Assembly: GCA_002762785.1 (NCBI GenBank)
Contig: PCXY01000005.1
Coordinates: 392,849-456,848, forward strand
Length of the DNA stretch: 64,000 bases
From: Candidatus Woesearchaeota archaeon CG10_big_fil_rev_8_21_14_0_10_45_16
GTDB lineage: Archaea > Nanobdellota > Nanobdellia > Woesearchaeales > GW2011-AR9
Direction: 5' to 3'
In this document: one piece after another, positions 46,183 to 56,591 of the stretch
Layout: each line of letters begins with the position of its first letter
How positions within the stretch are numbered: position 1 is the first letter of the stretch
Made by a program: the position numbers and the translations under genes
Notes under the pieces: generated by a model
What the model was told of the DNA's origin: nothing
Databases searched by the model: none
What the model saw: only the letters and a program-made list of their open reading frames with translations

Positions 46183-48759
46183 ATGGCTGCTGCGAAGAAA
46201 CCACGACAGATTGATCCCAGAGCAAAGAGTTCTGGTACTAGTCAAGATCCTGATCCTTTAAATCTTCTTCAGAGCGGCGAATTACAGTTTGATGGAATAG
46301 GCTCTCAACCGACACCTGTCCCGCAATTCGTTGCAGGTGAACCGCCGGTTGTAGAATTACGTCTTCCTGAAAGTAGCATCCCTCCTGGACCTGGAACTCC
46401 TCCTCCGTATGAATTACCAGAATCTTCTTCACCTCCACCACGTTCTGATCCTCCGGCAGCCGTACGGCATGATCCTGTGATTGATCTGGAAGATGTTACT
46501 AATACGTTGTGGAGAGATGCTAGGACCGAGAGAGATGATATCAGGGGGCTGGTCCTTAGTGATACACAGTGGCTTTTGATGCCTAGCGACACCGTTCCCA
46601 AACCAGTAGGTAGAGATGAATGTGGCTATGGATTTAGCGACGCCCTGGTCTTTCACCCTGACGGCGCGATCGATGGTGCGTATCTATTAAGAAATATCGG
46701 AAGCACAGCAGAGCCTGAAGTTGTTGTCCTTCCATTAGGAAAGAATAGAGAAAATTATGCTTCTTTGAATTCTGCTACGTATACTCCTGGCGAAAAATTA
46801 GAGATGCATGTTTTCGAACCAAAAACATTTCCTGCTGACATTTTAACGAGAAAAACGACTTATTTGGATATGGCTGATCCGTCTACTGGCGATTGGTATG
46901 ATTTCTTGGAGACAGGAAAAGATGGGAAAGAAGTCAGATCTCTGGTTGATGTTCCAACAAGATCATTGTTGAGTATCGATGGACTTACGATGGATACTGG
47001 GGATGCCCGTGTCTTTTTCCGTTGGGGTGACGAGTTCCGTGAAGTTTATGGAAAAAGGATAGTTGGATACAAAGTGGCGGATCTAGAAGACGATCACACA
47101 CTCACTCCTCTTCCTGAAGAACCGCGTGCTGTTGCTACAGTTGTTGCTCCAGTGAGCATCTTTGAAAGATCGCCGTTTGAGTTTGAACCAGCAGAAGAAG
47201 ACCCTTTCTTAAGTAGTCCTGTGGTCGTGTACTACCGAAAAGATACTGATGGCAAAGTCCATGGGGTAGACCAGGAAAATGTAGTTCGTGATGATCTTTT
47301 TGAATCTAGGTCAGGAATGTTCTACGATCTGATAGACGAGTCGTTCAATGACCCGGATTTTATTGAAGATATCCTTCTTGATGTACGCCGCCGTCTTGCA
47401 GGTGATTCCAGTGAAAAAACAGTAAACGAAATCTTTGAAGAATTTAGGACTAAAATGTCCGAAGCTAGGAAAAAAGAAGTTTTAGCTGGAATGGGTGATC
47501 TCGTCTATGAGAAGGTCTTCCCTAATCTCAAATCTGCATTTGAGTTTGTTCAAGAGGGTTACATCGGTCGTATTGAAAACGGTCAGGAAGTCCTTTATCA
47601 TCTTAAAGATGGAAAATTAGGAAGAGTTGAAGATAGGCCCTTGGAAGAGTATACTAATAATGATCAGCTTCCAGCTTTTAGTGATGCTGAAGGTTTAGTA
47701 CATTTATTGGATACAGTTTCAGATGAGTATTTTACTTCTAATATGGTGCTTATCAAAAAGATGGATGAAAATTTAAAGCCTGAAGATTCACGTGATCTTG
47801 TCAACAGTGGGAGTGTTTTCGTCACTTTTGGTCGAGATAAAAATCCCGATGGATCATATTCAAATATGCTGGTGACTGGTGTAAAACCGTTGAGAAAAAA
47901 AGTTCCTCCTTCAGATCTTTTAGCCGGCGTTACTTTAGGTTCAGAGGGAACCGGTTCCGGATCTTATACTATCGGTGCAACTCCTGTTCCTGAGAGAGGT
48001 CCTGACGGTGGCGGTCCCAAAGAAGAAGTTACGGTTGTTGTCAATCCTCAAAAGATCTATACAAAAAGAAGGAACGCTTTGGTCGGCGCCGGTATCGTCG
48101 CTATCATTGGCTCTATCGGAGCTGCTATCTCTACCTACGATAGAGGCATGCCAACAGTTCCAGTTACTGCTGACGCCTCCATCGATGCGACAGTTGTTAC
48201 TGCAAGGAATTATGATCCCGATGCATCTGTAGATACTAAAAGAACATTGGAACTGTTCCCTGATCGGGTATCGATAGATGCTTATGTCCAAGATGCGATG
48301 GCACCAGAAGATGCCACTCCTGTTGATGCTGGTGTACAATATGGTGGTACGCAAACCTTCTCTGTCTTGGATAATATGTATAATCATCCTAACGTGTTAG
48401 AAGATAATAGCCTTACATTTGAACCGATTGAAACAAAGTTACCAACTTTCTATGAAAATTTGATCGGTTTCATGCAAGAGATGAGAAAGTCACCAGCTGC
48501 CCAGAAAGGACGGTATGATCTGATGGCGAAAGCTTTAAGGACTTTTACTGAAGAGCATTGTGGTGAAACACAATACAAAGCAGGTAATAATACTGCTCCT
48601 AAAACTTTTGCCAGAGGGGTCTTCAATCATCTTGCTCCTGAATCTCCCCAGCAGGATGTTGTCAGGGATCTTTTTGTTGAACTTTTGACAAAAGCTCTTC
48701 CTCATAAATTAAAAAAAGGTCATGCATACATCTCTTGCCATCAACCTTCTGAAGAATAA
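46183..48759 (+). CDS. Large hypothetical protein (858 aa), Pro-rich N-terminus, single TM near residue 640
   Basis: Long ORF with no signal peptide; internal hydrophobic helix ALVGAGIVAIIGSIGAAIST. Confidence 0.5.
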   Translation: MAAAKKPRQIDPRAKSSGTSQDPDPLNLLQSGELQFDGIGSQPTPVPQFVAGEPPVVELRLPESSIPPGPGTPPPYELPESSSPPPRSDPPAAVRHDPVIDLEDVTNTLWRDARTERDDIRGLVLSDTQWLLMPSDTVPKPVGRDECGYGFSDALVFHPDGAIDGAYLLRNIGSTAEPEVVVLPLGKNRENYASLNSATYTPGEKLEMHVFEPKTFPADILTRKTTYLDMADPSTGDWYDFLETGKDGKEVRSLVDVPTRSLLSIDGLTMDTGDARVFFRWGDEFREVYGKRIVGYKVADLEDDHTLTPLPEEPRAVATVVAPVSIFERSPFEFEPAEEDPFLSSPVVVYYRKDTDGKVHGVDQENVVRDDLFESRSGMFYDLIDESFNDPDFIEDILLDVRRRLAGDSSEKTVNEIFEEFRTKMSEARKKEVLAGMGDLVYEKVFPNLKSAFEFVQEGYIGRIENGQEVLYHLKDGKLGRVEDRPLEEYTNNDQLPAFSDAEGLVHLLDTVSDEYFTSNMVLIKKMDENLKPEDSRDLVNSGSVFVTFGRDKNPDGSYSNMLVTGVKPLRKKVPPSDLLAGVTLGSEGTGSGSYTIGATPVPERGPDGGGPKEEVTVVVNPQKIYTKRRNALVGAGIVAIIGSIGAAISTYDRGMPTVPVTADASIDATVVTARNYDPDASVDTKRTLELFPDRVSIDAYVQDAMAPEDATPVDAGVQYGGTQTFSVLDNMYNHPNVLEDNSLTFEPIETKLPTFYENLIGFMQEMRKSPAAQKGRYDLMAKALRTFTEEHCGETQYKAGNNTAPKTFARGVFNHLAPESPQQDVVRDLFVELLTKALPHKLKKGHAYISCHQPSEE

Positions 48760-48853
48760 TTCTATCACTACTCTTAGTTAGCAAAAACTCCCGAAAGATT
48801 TATAAAGTGGTATCTACTCAGCAGTAGTATTACACTTAAGGTGATATAATACT

Positions 48854-50608
48854 ATGGAACTATTACAGAAATTAGGTGAGTATGTTGGACGCGTTTCTAA
48901 TATCGATATTAATAAATACCAAGTAGCAGCAGGTCTCGTCGGCGCTTTGGCCATCTCTCCTGCCTATGCGCAAGCTCCTACCGCTACCACTCCTGATATT
49001 GTCATCATTGAAGAAAATGGATCTGCCAACGAAGATGCTCCAGCTCCAACTACAGAAGGTTTGGTCAAACTTCTAGAAGGCGTAAAAACTGACAAAGATC
49101 CAAAACCAAAGCCAAAAGCCAGAGCTTACGTCGCTCCTAAAGCATCTCCAAGATGTAATGAGTACATGACCACTCCTGAGGCTACAAAAAAATTCAAAGA
49201 TTACGATGATGCCAAAGCTGTCTGTTATCCTTTGGAAGAGAATCAGAAAGCTTCGCTTAATAGACGTCTAAGAACAGACGACGGCAACTTTGCAGTCCAG
49301 GTCACTATCGATGGTCAAAAATACAACGCGATAGATTACCGACCAACAATCTGGCCGGAACAAGCCGTCTGCCCGGGAAACCTTTACTGTACTGTTTATA
49401 CTTCTCAAAGGCCAGTGGACGAAGTTAAAGCAACTACTACTGAGACCTATAACAGTGGCCAGACTACAATAATTAATCCTGTCGTATATCAAGAGCCAAA
49501 TCCTGATTTCAGTATAATTGATATCAATGGCGGAATCATTAGGGCAGGAGATGAATTAGTGTTTGTAGATCAGACAAGTACTGATAGAACCGCTTCTATT
49601 GCCTCCCGCGAATGGATTTTTGAGGATGGGAGTTCTGCCAATACCAAAAATACCTCTCACCGTTTTAATTCACCTGGAGAATATACTGTAAACCTCGTTG
49701 TTGAAGATAATCTAAACGGAAATCAAGCTTCTGCCACAAAGCAGTTCGTTGTTTTTCCAGCTTTGCCTAAATCTGAAAATCCAGATGCTCAAGTAGATGA
49801 TACTTTCGACGTAAGCTTAGATTCCATTATCGGGAGTCATCGTGTACCGTTCGGAAAAGATCTGGTTGGCGGCGTTACTGCCTCTGGTAGATATGTTGCC
49901 GGCAGTTCCTCAGCCACAAATGTTGGCGCTGAACTTAGCGTCGGCGCTTTGTTCGTTCCTGAAGAAAGCAACGTTTCCAGAACTCCTGGTCAAGAAGAGT
50001 TTGTTGCAAGCAGGTTCTCCGAAGGAGATGGCCTTCAGCGAGATCATATAGACTGGCAAAGAGACACCAATGCTTATGTTGTTCCAGAAGTAAATCTTCA
50101 ACTATTACTTGAAAATCCTTTATCACCAAATTGGAAGCTTGGGCACCAAGTAGGTATAAACGCAAGATATCTCTCCCGCGGTGTTGAAACCGGCGAACTT
50201 ATTGAAGAGACTAACATTATCAATGGTACTCCTTCTGCGAGAGAAGGCCCGCAAGAATTAGGTGAAGAACCAGAGAATATCCACACGTCTAGAGTTCAGG
50301 CTTTCCAATGGGGTTTCGATGTTGGAACTGGTATCTTCTTCGATGCCAGGAAAAAAGAACTCAATCTTGAAGCTGGTCTAGAAGCGGTGCTTCATGCTTC
50401 TCCACGTGTTGAAAGATTTGACCTTCCAAGAGAGATTGGTTTCGATATCAATGCTGAAGTTGCTGTCCCTATCCATTTAGGTAGTGATCTTTACCTTGTT
50501 CCGTCTTTCGAAACCGGACCTGAGTTTGCTGAAGATGGCAACAGCTGGTATTGGCAGTTAGGACTCGGTGCTCGCTTCAATATCCCGCAAGGGGAGGACA
50601 ACCAATGA
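48854..50608 (+). CDS. Secreted protein with PKD domain and C-terminal beta-rich domain
   Basis: Hydrophobic signal-like VAAGLVGALAISPAYAQA; PKD motif WIFEDGSSANTKNTSHRFNSPGEYTVNLVVED. Confidence 0.55.
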   Translation: MELLQKLGEYVGRVSNIDINKYQVAAGLVGALAISPAYAQAPTATTPDIVIIEENGSANEDAPAPTTEGLVKLLEGVKTDKDPKPKPKARAYVAPKASPRCNEYMTTPEATKKFKDYDDAKAVCYPLEENQKASLNRRLRTDDGNFAVQVTIDGQKYNAIDYRPTIWPEQAVCPGNLYCTVYTSQRPVDEVKATTTETYNSGQTTIINPVVYQEPNPDFSIIDINGGIIRAGDELVFVDQTSTDRTASIASREWIFEDGSSANTKNTSHRFNSPGEYTVNLVVEDNLNGNQASATKQFVVFPALPKSENPDAQVDDTFDVSLDSIIGSHRVPFGKDLVGGVTASGRYVAGSSSATNVGAELSVGALFVPEESNVSRTPGQEEFVASRFSEGDGLQRDHIDWQRDTNAYVVPEVNLQLLLENPLSPNWKLGHQVGINARYLSRGVETGELIEETNIINGTPSAREGPQELGEEPENIHTSRVQAFQWGFDVGTGIFFDARKKELNLEAGLEAVLHASPRVERFDLPREIGFDINAEVAVPIHLGSDLYLVPSFETGPEFAEDGNSWYWQLGLGARFNIPQGEDNQ

Positions 50609-52911
50609 GAACAGCATATTTCGTACCTCTTATACTATTGATCATCTTAACACCTATGGTGTTAGCTGATACTACTCCAAATGTAAACCTTTTCATTAAT
50701 TGGCAAGGCACTGATGAAGATCCATTGCATGTTGACCATCGAGACGTGGCCACATTTAGGGTTGTGGCCTCAGCCGGAGAAGGCGCTTTGATGGATGTTT
50801 ACGTTGACCTTCGTAATTCTGACGGTGCACTGCGGCAAAGACTTGATGAAGTACAGAATGTTGGCGGCGTCTTTGAGAATATTTACATGGTCGATACTAC
50901 AGATCTTGCTGATGGAAATCATATTATAAGAGTTCTTGTCAGAAATGACAATGATGCGACAGAATTTATAGAAAGCTTCCTAATGCTTCAAGTGTTTAAT
51001 CACGATACTGACGGCGACGGCACTCCTGATGATGAAGATGCCTTCCCCAACGATCCCGATGAAGCAAGAGATGCTGACGGCGACGGTATCGGCAACGGAG
51101 CTGACAACTGCCCGATTACAGCGAATCCAGGCCAGGAAAACCAAGATGGTGACGCGAGAGGCGACGCTTGCGATTCTGACAGAGACGGCGATGGTGTTAG
51201 AAACCAGGATGATATCTGTCCTAACGATCCAAGAAACTTATGTAATGTTGGTCCAGTTGAAATAGTACCTCCTGGTCCAATAATCGTTTGCTTTGATTTG
51301 AACAACAACGGAATCTGTGATTCTGAAGAAGACTTACCTCCTGCTGATTTACCACCTGTAATTGAAGATCCAATCAGAGATAACTTCAATATCAACGAAG
51401 GTCAGACTATTGCTTTTTCAATTAATGGTCGTGATCCTGAAGGAGAAGAAATTAATTATTTAATCCTAGAAAACTGTGAAGGAGAAGGTGCAGCTTGTTT
51501 CACCAGAAACATTTTAAGAGCACTAGCTTCCGCAGCAGGTTATTACGATCTTCCAGAAGGTGCAACCTTTGACGATAATACTGGCAGATTTAGGTTCAAT
51601 CCAGATAATAATTTTGTAACTCATCAAGAAGGTCAGAAAGTTGTTGAGCTAGTCTTTGCAGTACGTGCAGGTAGACAGACTTCTCAAGAAAAACTAGTTA
51701 CTATCACAGTAAATGATAAGAACAAAGTTCCTGTCTTTGATGAAAATCTTCCTGATGAGCTAAACATCCCTGCAGGAAGAGAAGTCTCACTTAATCTTCA
51801 TGCGACTGATGCAGATGAAGAAGATAATCTTGTTTACAACATGCTAAGCCGGCCAGTCTTGCCTGGAGCTTTTAATCCTGCTACACAGGAATTCCAGTTT
51901 ACACCAGCCGGTGACTTTGACCGTTACTTCATGACTTTCAGCGTGACTGATGGTATTACCATCACTAGACATAATCTGGTGATAAATGTCTTAAATATTG
52001 CAGATGCAGATGTAGATGCAGACGCTGATGGCATTCCAAACGATCGAGACAACTGTCCTTTGGTCTTTAACCCTGGTCAGGAAGACATGGATGGTAATGG
52101 TATCGGCGATGTCTGTGATGGAGATACGGATGGCGACAATGTTCCTAATGATGTTGACAACTGTTCTATTGTCTTCAATCCAGATCAAGCAGATGCTGAC
52201 GGCAATGGTATCGGTGACGCTTGTGATGATGTTATCGAAAGCATAGGTATCCCTGAAGATTCCTGTGATGACCTCAACAATAACGGCGTCTGTGACTTTG
52301 AAGAAGGCATAGTTCCGCCTAATCCTGTCGGCAACAGACCTCCAAAGATAATCTCCGTTCCAGAGGAAACTGCTGGTGTCGGTGACGATTATACTTACCA
52401 AGTCAGAGCTGTCGATCCAGACGGTGACTTCCTTACTTACCGGTTAGTCGACGGTCCTGATGGCATGACCATGACCCCTAACGGTCTGGTCGATTGGCGG
52501 GTTGCTGATGAAGGTATCTACCATGTTGCAGTCGTCGTCTCAGACGGCCTTGCTCAGGCCAGACAGGAATACAACTTGCGTGTACGATCTTTTACGGGAG
52601 AACCAGAACTCTCCCACGTCGCAGTACTTTCAGAGTACGTCTCTGCCGGCGATGACGTCTTCGTCCGAGTCATAATCGACAACGAAGGCTACCGCCAGCT
52701 GGATGATTTCCGAGTGACCGCGATGATCCCTGAACTAGGGGTTTTCGCATCCTCAGGTGATTTCGTCCTGGATGAACTGAACCCTGAAAGTTTCGATCTG
52801 GTATTGCCTCTTCCGTACTACGCGGAACCGGGCGTCTACCTGATTCAGGTGACGATCAAAGATGATCACTTCCATGAGACAGCCTTTAGACAGGTTGTTG
52901 TAGTGGGATGA
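50605..52911 (+). CDS. Secreted protein with thrombospondin type-3 (calcium-binding) repeats and Ig-like domains; start corrected to Met with signal peptide
   Basis: MRTAYFVPLILLIILTPMVLA signal peptide; repeated DxDxDGxxDxxDxCP motifs (DTDGDGTPDDEDAFPNDP...). Confidence 0.6.
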   Translation: MRTAYFVPLILLIILTPMVLADTTPNVNLFINWQGTDEDPLHVDHRDVATFRVVASAGEGALMDVYVDLRNSDGALRQRLDEVQNVGGVFENIYMVDTTDLADGNHIIRVLVRNDNDATEFIESFLMLQVFNHDTDGDGTPDDEDAFPNDPDEARDADGDGIGNGADNCPITANPGQENQDGDARGDACDSDRDGDGVRNQDDICPNDPRNLCNVGPVEIVPPGPIIVCFDLNNNGICDSEEDLPPADLPPVIEDPIRDNFNINEGQTIAFSINGRDPEGEEINYLILENCEGEGAACFTRNILRALASAAGYYDLPEGATFDDNTGRFRFNPDNNFVTHQEGQKVVELVFAVRAGRQTSQEKLVTITVNDKNKVPVFDENLPDELNIPAGREVSLNLHATDADEEDNLVYNMLSRPVLPGAFNPATQEFQFTPAGDFDRYFMTFSVTDGITITRHNLVINVLNIADADVDADADGIPNDRDNCPLVFNPGQEDMDGNGIGDVCDGDTDGDNVPNDVDNCSIVFNPDQADADGNGIGDACDDVIESIGIPEDSCDDLNNNGVCDFEEGIVPPNPVGNRPPKIISVPEETAGVGDDYTYQVRAVDPDGDFLTYRLVDGPDGMTMTPNGLVDWRVADEGIYHVAVVVSDGLAQARQEYNLRVRSFTGEPELSHVAVLSEYVSAGDDVFVRVIIDNEGYRQLDDFRVTAMIPELGVFASSGDFVLDELNPESFDLVLPLPYYAEPGVYLIQVTIKDDHFHETAFRQVVVVG

Positions 52912-53056
52912 TTATTTTAGAGTGGTTATGTTGTGTAACTACTTTGAAATACTAAAACCAACGAAAAGTTTATAAATGACCTCTCTTTTAAGAGGGCAAA
53001 TACGGGGTGTTTTCCCTGAAAATTACGATCCAAAAATTTGGAGGAAGAAAAGAAAA

Positions 53057-54361
53057 ATGAGAAAATTAACAGCTTTAATGGCTTTGTTTGTACTGAGCCT
53101 CTTGAGCGTCTCTCTTGTGAGCGCAGCTTTTGCTCCGGGAGAACTTGACATTGTCGAAGTTGAGATCGACGACGTTAGCGTAGACCTCTTGACCCAGGCA
53201 GACATCGAGAATAGTAATGTTGACAGCGAAGCAGGCTTCGTTGTCGAAGAAGGAGCAGAACTGAACATCAGAGTGCTTCTTGAATCAACTACCAACGTGG
53301 AAGATATCCAGGTAGAAGCAGAGATTCGCGGATACGAATATGACGATTATGAAGACATCTCCGACCGCACTCACATCTATGACTTGGATGGAACCAACAC
53401 CGCAGCGAGAAAAAACGCTCGATTGACCCTAAATCTGCCAAACAGACTAGAGGATGATCGATACTTGCTACGCCTGACTGTTGAAGACAAAGACAGCCCA
53501 TCACTAGTACGATATGTTGTTCTTCAGGTTGAACCTCAACGCCACGGCCTAGACATCGCTGATGTTGCGTTCTCCCCAGGAAATACCGTGCAGGCTGGTC
53601 GTTCCCTCCTAGCAAGCGTCTTGCTTGAAAACTACGGAGATAAAGACGAAAAAGACGTCAAAGTCACAGTCGCTATGCCAGAACTAGGCGTCAGCGCAAC
53701 TGAATACGTTGATAAAGTCGAGACCGACAACCACAACGTAGACTACGAAGACGTTCCAGAAATGTTTTTAGCTATCCCAGCAACCACTGCAACTGGTGAC
53801 TATCAAGTTGTCGTTACTGCTCAGTATGACGATTTGAGAGAAACCGTTACCAAAACCTACAATGTTCATGTGACTGAGAACTTAATGTTCCAAGAATCTG
53901 ACAAGCTAGTTTTAGCTGTTGGTCCTGAATCACAGACCATTATGGCTGGTACAACTGCAAGTTACGGCGTAGCCTTGACCAACGCTGGTCGACAATCCAA
54001 AGCATACATCTTGGAAGTTGTCAGCAATGGCGCAGTTCAAGCAACCCTAAGTGAAAACCTAGTAGTTCTTGAACCAGGCAAAAACAAAGTTGTCCGTGTT
54101 GACGTAACCCCTGTTGAAGGCGCAGTCGGCGAACAGATGGTTTCCCTTGTCATCCGATCAGGATCTGACGAACTGGAAACTGTTGCTCTACGAGCTAATG
54201 TTGTTCCAAGCGCTGGAAAAGCAGGCAATGTCAGCCTACGAAACGGCTTTGAGATCGCCGCTATCGTCCTAGTAGTGTTGATCGTGATCATCGGTTTGAT
54301 CATCGGCTTCAGCAGACTACGAAAAGACGACGCTGAGGAAGAAGAGCAAACGTACTACTAA
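53057..54361 (+). CDS. Cell-surface protein with CARDB/Ig-like repeats and C-terminal TM anchor; start at Met with signal peptide
   Basis: MRKLTALMALFVLSLLSVSLVSA signal peptide; C-terminal IAAIVLVVLIVIIGLIIGF plus acidic tail. Confidence 0.55.
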   Translation: MRKLTALMALFVLSLLSVSLVSAAFAPGELDIVEVEIDDVSVDLLTQADIENSNVDSEAGFVVEEGAELNIRVLLESTTNVEDIQVEAEIRGYEYDDYEDISDRTHIYDLDGTNTAARKNARLTLNLPNRLEDDRYLLRLTVEDKDSPSLVRYVVLQVEPQRHGLDIADVAFSPGNTVQAGRSLLASVLLENYGDKDEKDVKVTVAMPELGVSATEYVDKVETDNHNVDYEDVPEMFLAIPATTATGDYQVVVTAQYDDLRETVTKTYNVHVTENLMFQESDKLVLAVGPESQTIMAGTTASYGVALTNAGRQSKAYILEVVSNGAVQATLSENLVVLEPGKNKVVRVDVTPVEGAVGEQMVSLVIRSGSDELETVALRANVVPSAGKAGNVSLRNGFEIAAIVLVVLIVIIGLIIGFSRLRKDDAEEEEQTYY

Positions 54362-54458
54362 GTACGTATAAACTCTTCCTCCAAATTTTTTTCTTTTTTA
54401 CTTTTTTTCAACTTTCTTTTTAACAACATTTTTAAAGCCTTTTCTTCGCTGATCTAAG

Positions 54459-55544
54459 ATGAAAATAGTAGTCATAGGAGCTGGACCGATCGGCTGTTAC
54501 GCCGCTTATCAGCTGGCGAAAGAAGGCCATTCTGTCTCGGTCTATGAGAACCATCCGCAGGTCGGCAGGCCTATCCAGTGCACCGGTATCATCACGTCCG
54601 ATTTTGATCGTCTAGGCTTCCCTCTCGACAGCTTCCTGGTAAACACCATCGATTCGATCGAAGTCTTCTCTCCTGAAGAAAAATTGGCTGTCAAGCAGAA
54701 AGATTATATCGTCTGCCGCCATAAGTTTGACAATTTCTTTGCGGATCTGGCTGTAAAAGCAGGTGCTGAGATCTTTGTGAACCATTCATTTCAAAGGAAA
54801 GAAGGCGACACTCTGGTCATCAAAAACTCTTCCGAGGATAAAGAACTGCGTGTAAAGCCGGATATCGTCATCGGCGCTGATGGTCCTTTGTCACCGACGG
54901 CCAAAGCCTATGGCTTTTATCATCCTGAGAGAGAGAACTACTTTGGGGTGCAGGCGGTAGTGGAAGGCCGTTTTGAACCGCATACCATCAAGACTTACTT
55001 CGGCCGGAAAGTCTGTCCCGGCTTATTTGCCTGGGTCACGCCGGAGTCGCCTACGCTGGCTAGGATCGGTCTGGCAACGACCAAGAACAGCAAGCAGCAC
55101 TTCGACAGCTTCATGAAAGAACATGGCTTTACAGCTAAAGAGATGCAGGCAGGGACGATTCCGATCTACCAACCCAAGCAGAAGCTGCAAAAAGATAACT
55201 GCTATCTGGTCGGCGATGCCTCTACTTATGTGAAAGCGACTACTCTGGGCGGTTTAGTCCCGGGCTTACAGCAGGTTCAGATCTTGGTCGATTGTATCGT
55301 CCATAAGAAAGAGTATGAGGCAGAAGTCAAGCCTTTGCGGAAACAGATGTGGACGCACCTGCAGATCCATAAGATCATGGAGAAGTTCTCTGATAAAGAC
55401 TGGGATCGGCTGATACGATATGTCAACCAGCCTAAGATCAGGTCGTTATTCGAGAGATATACTCGAGATAACCCTATACCGCTATTGACGAAAGCAGTAC
55501 TGAAAGAGCCGCGATTCTTGTTATTTTTGAAGTACTTGTTCTAG
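54459..55544 (+). CDS. Geranylgeranyl reductase family FAD-dependent oxidoreductase
   Basis: IVVIGAGPIGCYAAYQLAKEG dinucleotide-binding motif; size and family typical of archaeal lipid saturases. Confidence 0.75.
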   Translation: MKIVVIGAGPIGCYAAYQLAKEGHSVSVYENHPQVGRPIQCTGIITSDFDRLGFPLDSFLVNTIDSIEVFSPEEKLAVKQKDYIVCRHKFDNFFADLAVKAGAEIFVNHSFQRKEGDTLVIKNSSEDKELRVKPDIVIGADGPLSPTAKAYGFYHPERENYFGVQAVVEGRFEPHTIKTYFGRKVCPGLFAWVTPESPTLARIGLATTKNSKQHFDSFMKEHGFTAKEMQAGTIPIYQPKQKLQKDNCYLVGDASTYVKATTLGGLVPGLQQVQILVDCIVHKKEYEAEVKPLRKQMWTHLQIHKIMEKFSDKDWDRLIRYVNQPKIRSLFERYTRDNPIPLLTKAVLKEPRFLLFLKYLF

Positions 55545-56044
55545 CACCAGATGATATCGTTTAGCACTTCCATCCAGCCGTGCGGATTGCAATGGCAGTA
55601 AGGATGCTGGTAATACCGTTCCGTATAGATGGTCATGCCGGCCTCTTCTACCATCTGCCGGTTCTCTTCCGAGATATAGTTATACGGCGGTCGGAACAGT
55701 TCTGGTCTACTGCCAAAACACTGCTCAAACATCCCTATGGCTTCATTGAGTTCTTCCTGTGAAATATTCCCGCCGAACTCGTGATAGCTATGGGTGATCC
55801 CATGCAGTCCTACGGTCTTGTTGCTGTTCCTGATAGTCTCACACCATTCTGGGAACTCTGTCAAAGGAACATCCCCAAACTTGGGGGTGACGTAGAGGAC
55901 GTCTGCTTTTTCGAGAAGCGACCCATCGCAGCTGTTCGATGGATGGACGTCATCGACGATAAGAGGATTTCTGCTCTGGATGAGGAGGATGAGGTAGGCT
56001 GTCACTATCACGACAGCAATCCATCTTAGGAAACGGCAAGCCAT
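55541..56044 (-). CDS. Secreted DUF2334/polysaccharide-deacetylase-like protein
   Basis: N-terminal TM/signal; LHGITHSYHEF resembles the DUF2334 His motif. Confidence 0.35.
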   Translation of the reverse strand: MACRFLRWIAVVIVTAYLILLIQSRNPLIVDDVHPSNSCDGSLLEKADVLYVTPKFGDVPLTEFPEWCETIRNSNKTVGLHGITHSYHEFGGNISQEELNEAIGMFEQCFGSRPELFRPPYNYISEENRQMVEEAGMTIYTERYYQHPYCHCNPHGWMEVLNDIIWC

Positions 56045-56109
56045 ATTAAGAGAACGGATCTAAAACGGTTTTAAATAACCATCGATAAAAAAAGATAAAA
56101 AATAATTAA

Positions 56110-56475
56110 TTAATCTTTAGCCAGGTTGATCACGGCTCGCACGGCAACAACTACGACAGACGGCACGGCAAAAGCCATGATCGCGCTGAAGATGCTCTGT
56201 AGATATGCTCCTACATACTGCAACTCAGCAAAAACGTCGCCGCTGATCCATGACACGATCATCAAAGCAGTCACGAACAGCACGTAATCCTTCTGCTCCT
56301 TCGCCGTAATGTTGAAAAACCCGACGATAATACCTGCAGCGATCAAGACGCTCAACAGTACCGCAACTGTGCTGGCTGGCAGCTGGGCAGAGACGATCCC
56401 CAAAACAAGAGCGATAACGATGCCTACCGTAAAAGCCCAGGCGATAAGCTTATTTGCTATTTTTTTAACACCCAT
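56110..56475 (-). CDS. Small polytopic membrane protein
   Basis: Four hydrophobic helices. Confidence 0.4.
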   Translation of the reverse strand: MGVKKIANKLIAWAFTVGIVIALVLGIVSAQLPASTVAVLLSVLIAAGIIVGFFNITAKEQKDYVLFVTALMIVSWISGDVFAELQYVGAYLQSIFSAIMAFAVPSVVVVAVRAVINLAKD

Positions 56476-56591
56476 TTTTACAAACCTCTTTTTTTTGAAT
56501 TTACTTTAGGCTTCTTAAAGAAAAGAACTTTTTAAAGGTTTGTTATCTTCCGGGAGTAGCTTCAGGGAGTAGTTTAAGGAAGAAAATAAAC

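Noticed and set aside
50551-50604. Upstream extension of the TSP3-repeat protein ORF overlapping the previous gene
   Set aside because: The extension has no signal peptide, whereas Met at 50605 gives a classical signal peptide and ATGA stop/start coupling.
52976-53056. Upstream extension of the 53057 surface protein ORF
   Set aside because: Its N-terminal 27 codons are basic, non-hydrophobic read-through of the intergenic region; the signal peptide begins at Met 53057.
56476-56591. Direct repeat GGGAGTAGYTTMAGG x2 upstream of a membrane protein gene
   Set aside because: It is a short, two-copy repeat in a promoter region and cannot be distinguished from chance or a simple promoter duplication.
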